Part shown: positions 48,433 through 57,798 of the stretch, piece by piece
How positions within the stretch are numbered: the first letter of the stretch is position 1
How the letters are laid out: every line of letters starts with the position of its first letter
Assembly: GCA_963770515.1 (NCBI GenBank)
Contig: CAVYPW010000003.1
Span: forward strand, 348,025 to 412,024
Length of the DNA: 64,000 bases
Direction of reading: 5' to 3'
Origin: an uncultured Alphaproteobacteria bacterium
Lineage (GTDB): Bacteria > Pseudomonadota > Alphaproteobacteria > Rhizobiales > Xanthobacteraceae
Position numbers and translations under genes: made by a program
Notes under the pieces: generated by a model
Databases searched by the model: none
What the model was told of the DNA's origin: nothing
Seen by the model: the letters and a program-made list of their open reading frames with translations, nothing else

Positions 48433-49107
48433 TCAGGCTCGACGGAGTACCAGCGTGAGATTATTGGCCGGCATGTCGACGATCTCGATCAGCGAAAGGC
48501 CGGCCTGGCCTGCGAGTTTTTCCACCGCCTCAATATCGCGTACGCCCCATTCGGAATTGCCTTGCCGCAGGCTCGCATCAAAAGCGGCATTGCTTTCCGC
48601 CGTGTGCTGGCCGCCGCGCGCGAAGGGACCGTAAAGGAAAAGCATTCCACCTCCGCGCAAGGCACGCCCTGCGCCGGCAACCAGTCCCTCGGCGACGTGC
48701 CATGGTGCGATGTGAATGACATTGGCGCAGAACACCGCGAGCAACTGGCCGGGGCCACCCTCGGCCCTCATCGCATCACCCCAGGCCGGATCGGCCAGAT
48801 CAATCCGCTGTGGCGGACGGATATTCGCAAGCTGTGAATGCCGCCGCCACGCCTCGATGCTGGTGAGGTGATTTTCGTTGAGATCGCTCGGCCACCAGGT
48901 GATGTCGGGAAATTGGCGGGCGAATTCGATAACGTGCTGACCGGTGCCGCTGCCGGCCTCAACGGCGTCGCCGGATTTGCCGGTCAAGTACCGCTCCAGA
49001 ACGCCGCGGATCGCCTGATGGTTACGGTGAAAGGCTGGGGCGTCGAGGCGCCCGTCGGGCTCGAGGCGGCCACCATCTTTGCCAAATTCAACGACATACT
49101 CAGCCAC
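48433..49107 (-). CDS. DUF938 family class I SAM-dependent methyltransferase-like protein
   Basis: RNHQAI, EAGSGTGQH, WWPSD, NVIHIAPW, YGPF, SNAAFDASL, MPANN. GTG start after GGGAGG. Confidence 0.88.
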   Translation of the reverse strand: MAEYVVEFGKDGGRLEPDGRLDAPAFHRNHQAIRGVLERYLTGKSGDAVEAGSGTGQHVIEFARQFPDITWWPSDLNENHLTSIEAWRRHSQLANIRPPQRIDLADPAWGDAMRAEGGPGQLLAVFCANVIHIAPWHVAEGLVAGAGRALRGGGMLFLYGPFARGGQHTAESNAAFDASLRQGNSEWGVRDIEAVEKLAGQAGLSLIEIVDMPANNLTLVLRRA

Positions 49108-49203
49108 GATAGCCTCCCGGAACGGCGCCACCCGCGTTGTCAGGCGATAGCCTTTATGCTTTGAACGATTATATTCGGGCTAATCGCCCACAGGAACTCT
49201 ATC

Positions 49204-49560
49204 TTGATCGACCGTCGCTCATCCGGACTCCTTATGATGGCGCTCATGACCGCCATCACCTGGCCATGTTGTGCGGCACACGCCCAATCGAAGGCCAGCG
49301 AAGGCCAAAAACTCGCTTTCGACCGGGCGAAAGGCAACTGTTTGAGCTGCCACGACATCAAAGGTGGTGAGTTGCCGGGCACTATCGGGCCGGCGCTTAA
49401 AGACATCAAACGCAAATATCCTGACCGTAACGATCTTGTTGCGATCCTCACCGACGAGACACGCCGAAATCCACTAACGGCGATGCCGCCGTTCGGCCGG
49501 AATCGTATTTTGACCGAACAGGAAATCGACGCGATCGTCGATTTCCTGCAAACGCTATGA
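49204..49560 (+). CDS. soxX: Sulfur-oxidation c-type cytochrome SoxX
   Basis: Signal peptide, KGNCLSCH heme motif, GTIGPAL, MPPFG. Confidence 0.9.
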   Translation: MIDRRSSGLLMMALMTAITWPCCAAHAQSKASEGQKLAFDRAKGNCLSCHDIKGGELPGTIGPALKDIKRKYPDRNDLVAILTDETRRNPLTAMPPFGRNRILTEQEIDAIVDFLQTL

Positions 49561-49597
49561 GACGGAGCAGGCGGCAAGACCTCATGGGAGATACGCG

Positions 49598-50092
49598 ATG
49601 ACAACCTCGAAGGAACGCTTCCCGGTGACGCGACGCCTCGTGCTGCGCGGCGCCGGATCGGTCGCGCTCGCCGGCCTCGGCGTCGTCTCGTTCCCCGCCG
49701 CGCCCACCCATGCCGCCGCCAATGACAAATACCCGGAAGAAGCCTTCAGGCAAAAGGACGGCAAGGAGGCGATCAAGCTGCTCTACGGACGCACAGCCGA
49801 GCCCTCCGACAAGATCAAGCTCGATGCGCCCGAGATTGCAGAGAATGGTGCGGTGGTTCCGATCTCGGTCTCGACCAGCCTTGCCGACGTCACCACGATC
49901 GCGTTCGTGGTGCCGGAAAATCCGAATGTGCTCGCCGCCTATTACAAGATTCCGCAGGGCACGATGCCCAATGTCGCCAACCGTCTGAAAATGGCCAAGA
50001 CCAGCAACGTCATCGTAATCGTGGAATCCGGCGGCAAACTTTTCAGCGCGACCAAGGAAGTCAAAGTCACCGTCGGCGGCTGCGGAGGTTGA
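49598..50092 (+). CDS. soxY: Sulfur carrier SoxY
   Basis: Twin-arginine signal, PEIAENGAVVP, C-terminal VTVGGCGG swinging arm. Confidence 0.96.
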   Translation: MTTSKERFPVTRRLVLRGAGSVALAGLGVVSFPAAPTHAAANDKYPEEAFRQKDGKEAIKLLYGRTAEPSDKIKLDAPEIAENGAVVPISVSTSLADVTTIAFVVPENPNVLAAYYKIPQGTMPNVANRLKMAKTSNVIVIVESGGKLFSATKEVKVTVGGCGG

Positions 50093-50094
50093 AC

Positions 50095-50406
50095 ATGGCA
50101 TCGAGTATCCGCGTGCGTGCGATCGCCAATGGCGAGACGACCGAGGTGCAGACGCTGATCCAGCATCCGATGGATTCCGGCTTCATCAAGGATGACAAGG
50201 GTGCATTCATCCCGGCGCATTTCATCAAGGAACTGACGTTCGAACATAACGGACAGCCGGTGTTCATCGCCGATTGGGGAACCGCGGTCTCGAAGGACCC
50301 CTATGTCAAGTTCGCCTTCAAAGGCGGCGTCAAGGGCGACGATCTGAAGGTGAGCTGGATCGACAACAAGGGCGGGACCGACACTGCCACATTCAAGATA
50401 CAGTAG
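50095..50406 (+). CDS. soxZ: Sulfur carrier partner SoxZ
   Basis: HPMDSG, IPAHFI, VSKDPY..F; no signal peptide. Confidence 0.93.
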   Translation: MASSIRVRAIANGETTEVQTLIQHPMDSGFIKDDKGAFIPAHFIKELTFEHNGQPVFIADWGTAVSKDPYVKFAFKGGVKGDDLKVSWIDNKGGTDTATFKIQ

Positions 50407-50415
50407 GGGCTTGTC

Positions 50416-51294
50416 TTGGCGGCGCGTGTGGACCGAGCCGGGAGACGGTTAAGCGTGAGATTTCTTTTGGTTTCCCTCGCTGCCCTGCTACTCGCGATCG
50501 CGGAAGCTGTCGCCGCCGACGGCGTGGACCCGGCCGCTGAGGCGGGAGCCTTCCGCGGTTACTTCATCCACAAATTCCCGAACGTGAAGCTCGACGATTT
50601 CGCCAACGGCCCGTACGCGCTGAACAAAGACATGCGCCGGCAATGGGAGGAGAAAGAACAGTTTCCGCCTTACGAATTTTCGCTTGAGGCCGGCAAGGAA
50701 CTGTTCGCCAAGCCTTTCACGAACGGCAAACATTATGCGGATTGTTTTCTCGATCAAGGCATCGGCGTCCGGCAGAACTATCCGCGATTTGACGACAAGA
50801 CCGGCCAAATCATCACGCTCGAACTGGCGCTGAACCAGTGCCGCGAGGCCAATGGCGAAAAAGCCCTCTCCTACACCGGCGACGAGATGGCCGCATTGAC
50901 CGCCTATATGGCCTTCACCTCTCGTGGCAAACCATTCGACATCAAGATTCCCGACGACCCCCGCGCGCATGAGGCTTACGAAAACGGCAAGCGCTATTTC
51001 TACACGCGGCGGGGGCAATTGAATTTTTCCTGCGCGACCTGCCATGTGCAAAATCCCGGCGAGCGGCTGCGCGCCGAGGTACTCGCGCCGGCGCTCGGGA
51101 TTCTCAACGCGATGCCGATCTACCGCTCGGAATGGGGCGGCATGGGCACCACCAGCCGACGCTTCATCACCTGCAACAGCCAGGTGCGCGGCGTGCCGCT
51201 CGAACCGCAAGCCGAAGAATATCGCGACCTCGAATATTTTCTGTCCTATGTCAGCAACGGTTTGCCGATTTCCGGACCGGGGTCGCGGCCATGA
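50416..51294 (+). CDS. soxA: Monoheme SoxA (sulfur-oxidation c-type cytochrome)
   Basis: Only one CxxCH (FSCATCH), RRGQLNFSC, active-site RRF..C and LEYFL motifs. The start may be 50454. Confidence 0.92.
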   Translation: MAARVDRAGRRLSVRFLLVSLAALLLAIAEAVAADGVDPAAEAGAFRGYFIHKFPNVKLDDFANGPYALNKDMRRQWEEKEQFPPYEFSLEAGKELFAKPFTNGKHYADCFLDQGIGVRQNYPRFDDKTGQIITLELALNQCREANGEKALSYTGDEMAALTAYMAFTSRGKPFDIKIPDDPRAHEAYENGKRYFYTRRGQLNFSCATCHVQNPGERLRAEVLAPALGILNAMPIYRSEWGGMGTTSRRFITCNSQVRGVPLEPQAEEYRDLEYFLSYVSNGLPISGPGSRP

Positions 51295-51617
51295 GGGTCC
51301 TATCGAAAGCTCCGCTACAGATGATTTGTTGGCTCGCGTTTGTCTCGTGGATCAGTACCGCAGCATTTGCCGCAAGCTCCGAGGCTGACTTCAGATCGGC
51401 CTACGCGCAGGCAGACGCCACCGAACAGGAAGCCGGCCGCCTGCGCAACCAGTGGCTCGCGACTGAAACAGCTCTCACCGAAGCGAGAGGCGCCGCCGAC
51501 AAGAATGACTTCGACCGGGCAACCGGATTTGCCAAGGAAGCCGAAGCGCTGGCCAAGGCCTCGATTTTCCAGGCAACAAGCGAAAAAGAGGCCTGGAAGA
51601 ACCTCGAAATTCACTGA
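51291..51617 (+). CDS. soxK: SoxK (SoxAX-binding protein)-like, 108 aa
   Basis: Signal peptide then Ala-rich helices with W..T...L..A...A motif; position between soxA and soxB; ATGA overlap with soxA. Confidence 0.7.
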   Translation: MRVLSKAPLQMICWLAFVSWISTAAFAASSEADFRSAYAQADATEQEAGRLRNQWLATETALTEARGAADKNDFDRATGFAKEAEALAKASIFQATSEKEAWKNLEIH

Positions 51618-51650
51618 CACACCCTGAAAGAGAATCGCACAGCGCCGACC

Positions 51651-53393
51651 ATGACCCTCAACCGCCGGAATATTCTCAAACTAGCGGGCGTCACCGCGCT
51701 CTCCGGCAGTCTGCCGCGACGAGGGCACGGTGCAGAGGGTGGCGTTTACGATCTCGAACGCTTCGGTAACGCCCGCATCCTGCACATCACCGATACGCAT
51801 GCACAGCTTTTGCCCGGATATTTTCGAGAACCCAGCGCCAATCTCGGCCTGGGCGCGATGGCCGGGCAGCCGCCGCATCTCGTCGGCCGCGCCTTTCTCG
51901 ACCACTTCGGCATCAAGCCGGAGAGCGCCGATGCTTACGCTTTCACCTCGCTTGATTTCGAAAAATCCGCCGCGCGCTTCGGCAAACTCGGCGGCTTTGC
52001 GCATCTGAAAACCCTGATCGACCGATTGCGCAATGAGGCAGGACTGCAGCGCTCTCTGCTGCTTGACGGCGGCGACGCCTGGCAAGGCACGGGGCTGGCC
52101 AACACCTTGCGCGGCGCCGACATGATCGAAGCCGCCAACCTGCTCGGCGTCGAAGCGATGACCGGGCACTGGGAATTCACCTATGGCGAGGAGACGCTGC
52201 GCAGCAACCTTGAACGCTTCAAGGGAGAGTTTCTTGCGCAAAATGTTTTCCTGACCGACGAGGCTGCGTTTAGCGGTGCCAAAGCTTTCGACCCGGCCTC
52301 GGGGCGCGTGTTCAAACCGGCCACCATGAAGGAGGTTGGCGGCTACCGTATCGCGGTGATCGGGCAGGCGTTTCCTTACGTTCCAATCGCGCATCCGAAG
52401 CGGCTGACGCCGGACTGGACCTTCGGCATTCGCGAACAGGAATTGCAAACACTGATCGACAGTCTTCGTTCGGCCGAGAAAGCCGACGCGGTGCTGCTGC
52501 TGTCGCATAACGGCATGGACGTTGACCTCAAATTGGCGAGCCGCGTGCGTGGCCTCGATGTTATTCTTGGCGGTCACACCCACGATGCGATTCCGCAAGC
52601 CATCGCGGTTGCCAATGCCGGCGGCACCACGCTCGTCACCAACGCCGGGTCGAACGGCAAATTCCTTGGCGTGCTCGATCTCGATCTCGACAAAGGCCGC
52701 GTGCGGGACGTGCGATACCGTCTGTTTCCGGTGTTTTCGGAGCTATTGAAAGCGGATGCGGCAATGGCAGCGCTGATCGACAAAGTTCGCGAGCCGTATG
52801 CGGCCTCATGGAGCGGCAAGATCGCCACCACCGACCGCTTGCTCTATCGCCGCGGCAATTTCACGGGCACCGTGGATCAGTTGATCTGCGCCGCGCTACG
52901 CCGAGAGTTCGATGCCGAAATCGCGCTGTCGCCGGGCTTTCGCTGGGGCGCAAGCTTTCTGCCGAACCAGCCTTTGACGATGGAAGACGTCCTGAGTGAG
53001 ACCGCCATCACCTACCCGGAAACCTATGTCTCGAGGCTGACCGGCACCGAGATCAAGAACACGCTCGAAGACATCTGTGACAATCTCTTCAATCCCGATC
53101 CCTACTACCAGCAGGGCGGCGACATGGTCCGGATCGCCGGGCTCAGCTATAGCTGTACGCCTTCGGAAAAAATCGGGCGACGAATTTCCGACCTGAAACT
53201 CGACAGGGGCCGTGCGATCGAGCCTGGCAAGCGCTACACCGTCGCCGGCTGGGCCGCCGTCAACGCCCAGCAAGGAATACCGGTGTGGGACCTTCTTGCC
53301 AAACATCTCGGAAGTGGCAAGCCGCTCAGCCCTTCGTCCAACAATGTTGCGTTGCGGGGCGTTGCCGGCAATCCCGGCATCCTGGAGCCGTGA
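51651..53393 (+). CDS. soxB: Thiosulfohydrolase SoxB
   Basis: Tat signal NRRNILK; HITDTHAQL, DGGDAWQG, GHWEF, LSHNG and GGHTHD di-Mn ligands; LYRRGNF. Confidence 0.95.
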   Translation: MTLNRRNILKLAGVTALSGSLPRRGHGAEGGVYDLERFGNARILHITDTHAQLLPGYFREPSANLGLGAMAGQPPHLVGRAFLDHFGIKPESADAYAFTSLDFEKSAARFGKLGGFAHLKTLIDRLRNEAGLQRSLLLDGGDAWQGTGLANTLRGADMIEAANLLGVEAMTGHWEFTYGEETLRSNLERFKGEFLAQNVFLTDEAAFSGAKAFDPASGRVFKPATMKEVGGYRIAVIGQAFPYVPIAHPKRLTPDWTFGIREQELQTLIDSLRSAEKADAVLLLSHNGMDVDLKLASRVRGLDVILGGHTHDAIPQAIAVANAGGTTLVTNAGSNGKFLGVLDLDLDKGRVRDVRYRLFPVFSELLKADAAMAALIDKVREPYAASWSGKIATTDRLLYRRGNFTGTVDQLICAALRREFDAEIALSPGFRWGASFLPNQPLTMEDVLSETAITYPETYVSRLTGTEIKNTLEDICDNLFNPDPYYQQGGDMVRIAGLSYSCTPSEKIGRRISDLKLDRGRAIEPGKRYTVAGWAAVNAQQGIPVWDLLAKHLGSGKPLSPSSNNVALRGVAGNPGILEP

Positions 53394-53459
53394 TAAAGCG
53401 GCTTCTCGCTGCGCCATTTTCTTCGGCATGATACGATCAGGGAATCGGTTCACGGATTT

Positions 53460-54506
53460 ATGGCCATGATCTTTCGTCAGCTGTTCGACAGCGTCTCCGG
53501 CACCTACAGCTATCTCCTGGCGAGCCGTGCGGGCGGCGAAGCGATGATCCTCGATCCCGTGCTCGAGAGGGTCGATCGCTATTGCCAGCTACTGCGCGAG
53601 CTCGACCTCAAGCTCGTCAAGGCCGTGGATACGCACTTGCACGCCGACCATGTGACGGGGCTCGGCGAGTTGCGCGACCGCACCCACTGCGTCACCATCA
53701 TGGGCGAGCAGACCAAGGCCGACGTCGTGGCGATGCGGGTCGCCGACGGCGACAAGGTGACGATCGAGGGCATTACGCTCGATGTGATGTACACGCCCGG
53801 CCACACCGACGATTCCTACAGTTATCTGATGGGAGACCGGGTTTTCACCGGCGATACGCTTCTGATCCGCGGCACCGGCCGCACCGATTTCCAGAACGGC
53901 AGCGCGCGGGCGCAATACGACTCGATCTTCAACCGGCTATTGAAGCTGCCGGAAGAAACCATGGTGTTTCCCGCCCATGATTATAAAGGCGATACCGTTT
54001 CCACCATTGGCGAGGAGAAACGCTACAATCCGCGGCTACAGGTGCGCTCGATCGATGAATACGTCGAGCTCATGAACAATCTGAAGCTGCCCAATCCCAA
54101 AATGATGGATGTCGCGGTGCCGGCCAACATGCATGTCGGGCTGCATCAGGATGAGCTGGCTAAACAGGGGCAGGCATTCACCGCGCGCGAGGCGATCGAA
54201 GGTCTCGGCCGTCCCGATATTCTTCTGGTCGACTTGCGCGAGGTAGCCGAGCGCGCCAAGCACGGCACCCTGCCCGGCGCGCTGCACGCGCCGTATCCTT
54301 CGATCGGCGACAGTCTCGAGCCCGGAGGGATGCTGCGCGAAGTCGCGACCGCGACCGGGCGGCGCATCGTGTTCTTCTGCGCCTATGGTGAGCGTTCGGC
54401 GATGGCAGTCGCCGCCGCGAAAGAAGCGGGGCTGACCAATTCGGCGCACATCGCCGGCGGCATCGACGCCTGGAAAAAGGCCGGCGGGCCGGTGTTGACG
54501 GGCTGA
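53460..54506 (+). CDS. Persulfide dioxygenase (ETHE1-like MBL) fused to a rhodanese domain
   Basis: IFRQLFD..SGTYSYL, THLHADH, PGHT, GRTDFQ, HDYKG, then rhodanese FFCAYGERS. Confidence 0.9.
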   Translation: MAMIFRQLFDSVSGTYSYLLASRAGGEAMILDPVLERVDRYCQLLRELDLKLVKAVDTHLHADHVTGLGELRDRTHCVTIMGEQTKADVVAMRVADGDKVTIEGITLDVMYTPGHTDDSYSYLMGDRVFTGDTLLIRGTGRTDFQNGSARAQYDSIFNRLLKLPEETMVFPAHDYKGDTVSTIGEEKRYNPRLQVRSIDEYVELMNNLKLPNPKMMDVAVPANMHVGLHQDELAKQGQAFTAREAIEGLGRPDILLVDLREVAERAKHGTLPGALHAPYPSIGDSLEPGGMLREVATATGRRIVFFCAYGERSAMAVAAAKEAGLTNSAHIAGGIDAWKKAGGPVLTG

Positions 54507-54513
54507 TGGCCTT

Positions 54514-54607
54514 CCTCGTCCTGAGGAGCGCGACCTCGCGCGTCTCGGAGGACGATATCCTGCGGCCCTTCGAGACGCGGTCTTCACGACCGCTCCTCAG
54601 GGTGAGG
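54514..54607. repeat. REP element (CCTCxTxxTGAGGAG family)
   Basis: cctcgtcctgaggag...ctcctcagggtgagg, between convergent stops. Confidence 0.8.
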
Positions 54608-54615
54608 CACCGGTC

Positions 54616-55473
54616 CTATTGTTCGACCCGCTGCAACTCGCTGACCAGCCGATCCAGCGCATCGGCGATCATCACGCCGCCGCACACCGTCAGCCGATCC
54701 GGAATCACGATGCGCCGCGACGGCGGATAAAGTTCCTCCAGCGCGGGATGCAGCAGGAACGCATGGCCGTCGTCTTCGGCCCGGTCGCCTGCATCCGAGA
54801 CGACGATGAAATCAGGTTTCAACTTCACGATCGTCTCCAGCGAGGCATAGCCGCCGAAGGCAATGCCAAGGTCGCCGGCCGCGTTGAAAAGTCCGGTCTC
54901 GGTCAGCAGAGAACTCAGCAGGCTATCGCTGCCGGACACCCAGCCGCGCGGCGACAGCGGCAATACCTTGTAGCGATGCTGCGACACTACTTTTCGCGCG
55001 CGCGCGATCGCGTCGTCGAGCCGCGCGATCTCGGCGCTCGCACGGTCGGGATGACCGACGAGATCGCCCATCTCGCGAATCTGCGCCTTGACCTCGTCGA
55101 GGTTGCGCGGCACGGCGAATTCAGCGATATGAAGTCCCTTTTCCTTCAACAGTTCCCGCGTCGACCGTTTGTCGAACAGGCCCGCCACGACAATATCGGG
55201 CCGGATCACCAAGATGTCCTCGGCGCTCCCCGATAGCTTCGGATAGCGTCGCGCGTCACCAGCAGCAAAGGATTGCCAAACGTCGCGCGAGTATCGGCTG
55301 AGCCCAAGGATCTGCTCGGGATCGGCCAGCGGAACAAGCAACTGATCGGTGCAGAGATTCATTGATACGATTCGTGGACCGGCCGCCGTTCCTGGCGCAG
55401 GCCGAAGGCCGACGAACGTCGCAAGCGCCGCGACGATGGCCGACCGGGATAGTGATCCAAGACGACGGCTCAT
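54616..55473 (-). CDS. btuF: Cobalamin/iron ABC substrate-binding protein (BtuF-like)
   Basis: Signal peptide, RIVSMNLCTDQLL, type III helical-backbone fold; in operon with permease and ATPase next to a B12 riboswitch locus. Confidence 0.8.
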   Translation of the reverse strand: MSRRLGSLSRSAIVAALATFVGLRPAPGTAAGPRIVSMNLCTDQLLVPLADPEQILGLSRYSRDVWQSFAAGDARRYPKLSGSAEDILVIRPDIVVAGLFDKRSTRELLKEKGLHIAEFAVPRNLDEVKAQIREMGDLVGHPDRASAEIARLDDAIARARKVVSQHRYKVLPLSPRGWVSGSDSLLSSLLTETGLFNAAGDLGIAFGGYASLETIVKLKPDFIVVSDAGDRAEDDGHAFLLHPALEELYPPSRRIVIPDRLTVCGGVMIADALDRLVSELQRVEQ

Positions 55474-55480
55474 CGAACCC

Positions 55481-56257
55481 TCAAATTTCGGCCCATGGCA
55501 CGATGACGGCCTCTCGCTGAAATTCCGCTCGATACGCGCTGATCCGGAACACATCCCGCATGACCTGCTCCGACAATGCTTCCATCGGTGCGCCTTGCGA
55601 GGCCAGCCGGCCGTCAGTCATCACCAGAATTGTATCTGCAAATCGAGCGGCAAGCCCGAGATCATGCGTCACCACAATCACAAGCGCGCCCTTGTCGGTC
55701 GCAAGCCGCAGGGTTTTCATCACATCGATCTGATGACGCGGGTCAAGCGAGGCCGTCGGCTCGTCCGCCAGGATCACCGGCGCTTCCACCGCGAGCACGC
55801 GCGCCAACGCCACCCGGCTCCGCTCACCGCCGGATAGTTCCGTGACGCGACGCGCACTGAAATCGACAACATCGGCCAACTGCATCGCACGCAGCACCGC
55901 CCCGGCGTCTCTGGGCGTCAGCCGCGCGGGATCGGTGGCGCCGTGCGGATAGCGGCCTAGCGCAACGATATCCCACGCCGGCAGCGGCCAGTGCACGACA
56001 TGTCCCTGCGGCAGATAGGCAAAACGGCGCGCGCGCTCGCGCAATGTCAGCGATGACAGAGCTTCACCTCCGACATTGATGGCCCCGTCCGATGGAACCA
56101 GCCCCGCCAAAGCACGCAACAGCGTCGTCTTGCCCGCCCCGTTCGGCCCCACTAACGCGATCAGTCGTCCCGTAGACAGGGCGAGCGAAATATCACTCAG
56201 GACGGTCCGGCCGGACAACTTTACGTGCACCGCTTGAGCTGTGAGAAAGGCGGTCAT
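55481..56257 (-). CDS. btuD: Cobalamin/iron ABC ATP-binding protein (BtuD-like)
   Basis: GPNGAGKTT, LSGGERSRVALAR, DEPTASLD.RHQ, THDL. Confidence 0.85.
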   Translation of the reverse strand: MTAFLTAQAVHVKLSGRTVLSDISLALSTGRLIALVGPNGAGKTTLLRALAGLVPSDGAINVGGEALSSLTLRERARRFAYLPQGHVVHWPLPAWDIVALGRYPHGATDPARLTPRDAGAVLRAMQLADVVDFSARRVTELSGGERSRVALARVLAVEAPVILADEPTASLDPRHQIDVMKTLRLATDKGALVIVVTHDLGLAARFADTILVMTDGRLASQGAPMEALSEQVMRDVFRISAYRAEFQREAVIVPWAEI

Positions 56258-57297
56258 GTGACGCCCGCGCCCAGCGCGCGACGCTCGCGCAGGATGAGGT
56301 AGAGAAAGAACGGCACGCCGATGATCGAGGTCAGGACTCCGACCCTGATGTCGCTGGTCGACGGAATTATGCGCACAGCGATGTCTGCGGCAAGCAGCAA
56401 CACGCTTCCCGCAAGGGCGCTGGGAATCAAAAGCCGCGCAGGATCATAGCCAATCAGCGGCCGCACGAGATGTGGCGCGACCAGGCCGATGAAGCCAATG
56501 GTGCCGGACACCGCGACCGCACCGCCGACGCCAAGCGCGACGCCTAGAATCGCCAGAAGGCGCAGCCGGGCGATGTCGACGCCGAGGCTTTGCGCCGTCT
56601 CCTCTCCCAAACTGAGTGCGCGGAAGGCATTGCGCTGGCTCAACAGCATCGCAGCGCCCGCGATAATGAAGGGCAGCGCCAGGATGACGTGGCGAAAACT
56701 GCGATCCTCCAGCGAACCGAGCAGCCAGAACGTGATTTCGAGCACCATGAACGGATTGTTCGAAAGGTTCATCACGAGCGCCGTCGCCGCACCCGCAAGA
56801 CTCGATATCGCCAGCCCCGCGAGAATCAGGATCAAAAGGCCGGCGTTGCGACCCGCAATCGCAAGCAGCGCGAAAACCGACGCAAACGCCATCGCAATGG
56901 CTGCGACAGGCAATACGTAGGACCTCACATCGGCGAAACCGAAGGCGATGATCAATACCGCACCAAATGCGGCAGATTGCGGGGCGCCGAACAGCGACGG
57001 CGCAGCGAGCGGGTTTCGTAACAATCCCTGCAGCGCCGCACCGGAAAGGCCGAGCATCGCACCGATCGCGACGCCGAGAATGGCGCGCGGCAGCCTTATC
57101 TCGCGGACGATCACCTGGGCAACATCGGTGCCACCGCCGAACAAGGCATCGACCACGGCCCATGGCGAAAGCCGCACCGCCCCGATACCGAGCGAGGTGA
57201 GAGACAGCCCGATGACCAGAACGAACAGCACCACCGTCACACCGCTGCGCCAGCGCGCCTCGCCGTCGATCCCCGCCGTCTCGTTTGCAACACTCAT
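56254..57297 (-). CDS. btuC: Cobalamin/iron ABC permease (BtuC/FecCD family)
   Basis: EIRLPR, LQGLLRNPLA, LGEETAQSLG, IGFIGLVAPH, GVPFF. Start placed at ATG 57297. Confidence 0.85.
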   Translation of the reverse strand: MSVANETAGIDGEARWRSGVTVVLFVLVIGLSLTSLGIGAVRLSPWAVVDALFGGGTDVAQVIVREIRLPRAILGVAIGAMLGLSGAALQGLLRNPLAAPSLFGAPQSAAFGAVLIIAFGFADVRSYVLPVAAIAMAFASVFALLAIAGRNAGLLILILAGLAISSLAGAATALVMNLSNNPFMVLEITFWLLGSLEDRSFRHVILALPFIIAGAAMLLSQRNAFRALSLGEETAQSLGVDIARLRLLAILGVALGVGGAVAVSGTIGFIGLVAPHLVRPLIGYDPARLLIPSALAGSVLLLAADIAVRIIPSTSDIRVGVLTSIIGVPFFLYLILRERRALGAGVT

Positions 57298-57489
57298 CGC
57301 GCGTCTGTCACGTCCCAAAGGGCGTAATGTTTTCGCCGCCCAAGACCTATCGCTCAAACCATGGCCTATGCTCTTACAGCGAATAGAGGCGGGTACAAGC
57401 GGCCGTGTCGAGCCGGAGACAGCGAGAGAACAAAATGCGTACCGCCATGGCCGACCGGGCGCCTGGCATTGACTCTTTCGCCGGCACTC

Positions 57490-57674
57490 TCCTAGATGGC
57501 CCGGACGGTTCCTCTCACGAGGATCAAGAGGGAATGCGGTGCGGAGAGAATTCTCCAATGCCGCGGCTGCCCCCGCAACTGTAAGCGATGAATCTTCCGT
57601 CACATGCCACTGGGAATCTCGGTCCCGGGAAGGCGACGAAAGGTAACGACCCGCGAGCCAGGAGACCTGCCGTC
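57490..57674 (+). ncRNA. Cobalamin (AdoCbl) riboswitch
   Basis: Conserved blocks GGTTCC, AAGAGGGAAtgcGGTG, GCtGCCCCCGCAACTGTAAGCG, GCCACTGGG, GGGAAGGC and B12-box GAGCCAGGAGACCTGCC, upstream of a TonB receptor. Confidence 0.95.
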
Positions 57675-57798
57675 ATACGTGGTCACACGCGAGGATGCCG
57701 GTCGGGGAGTACAGGCATTAGCTTCACTGGGCTGGGGGACAGCAGGGTGAGACTTCGTTCGCTGTGACGTGCCACTGACGTCATACCGAGGTCGATCC

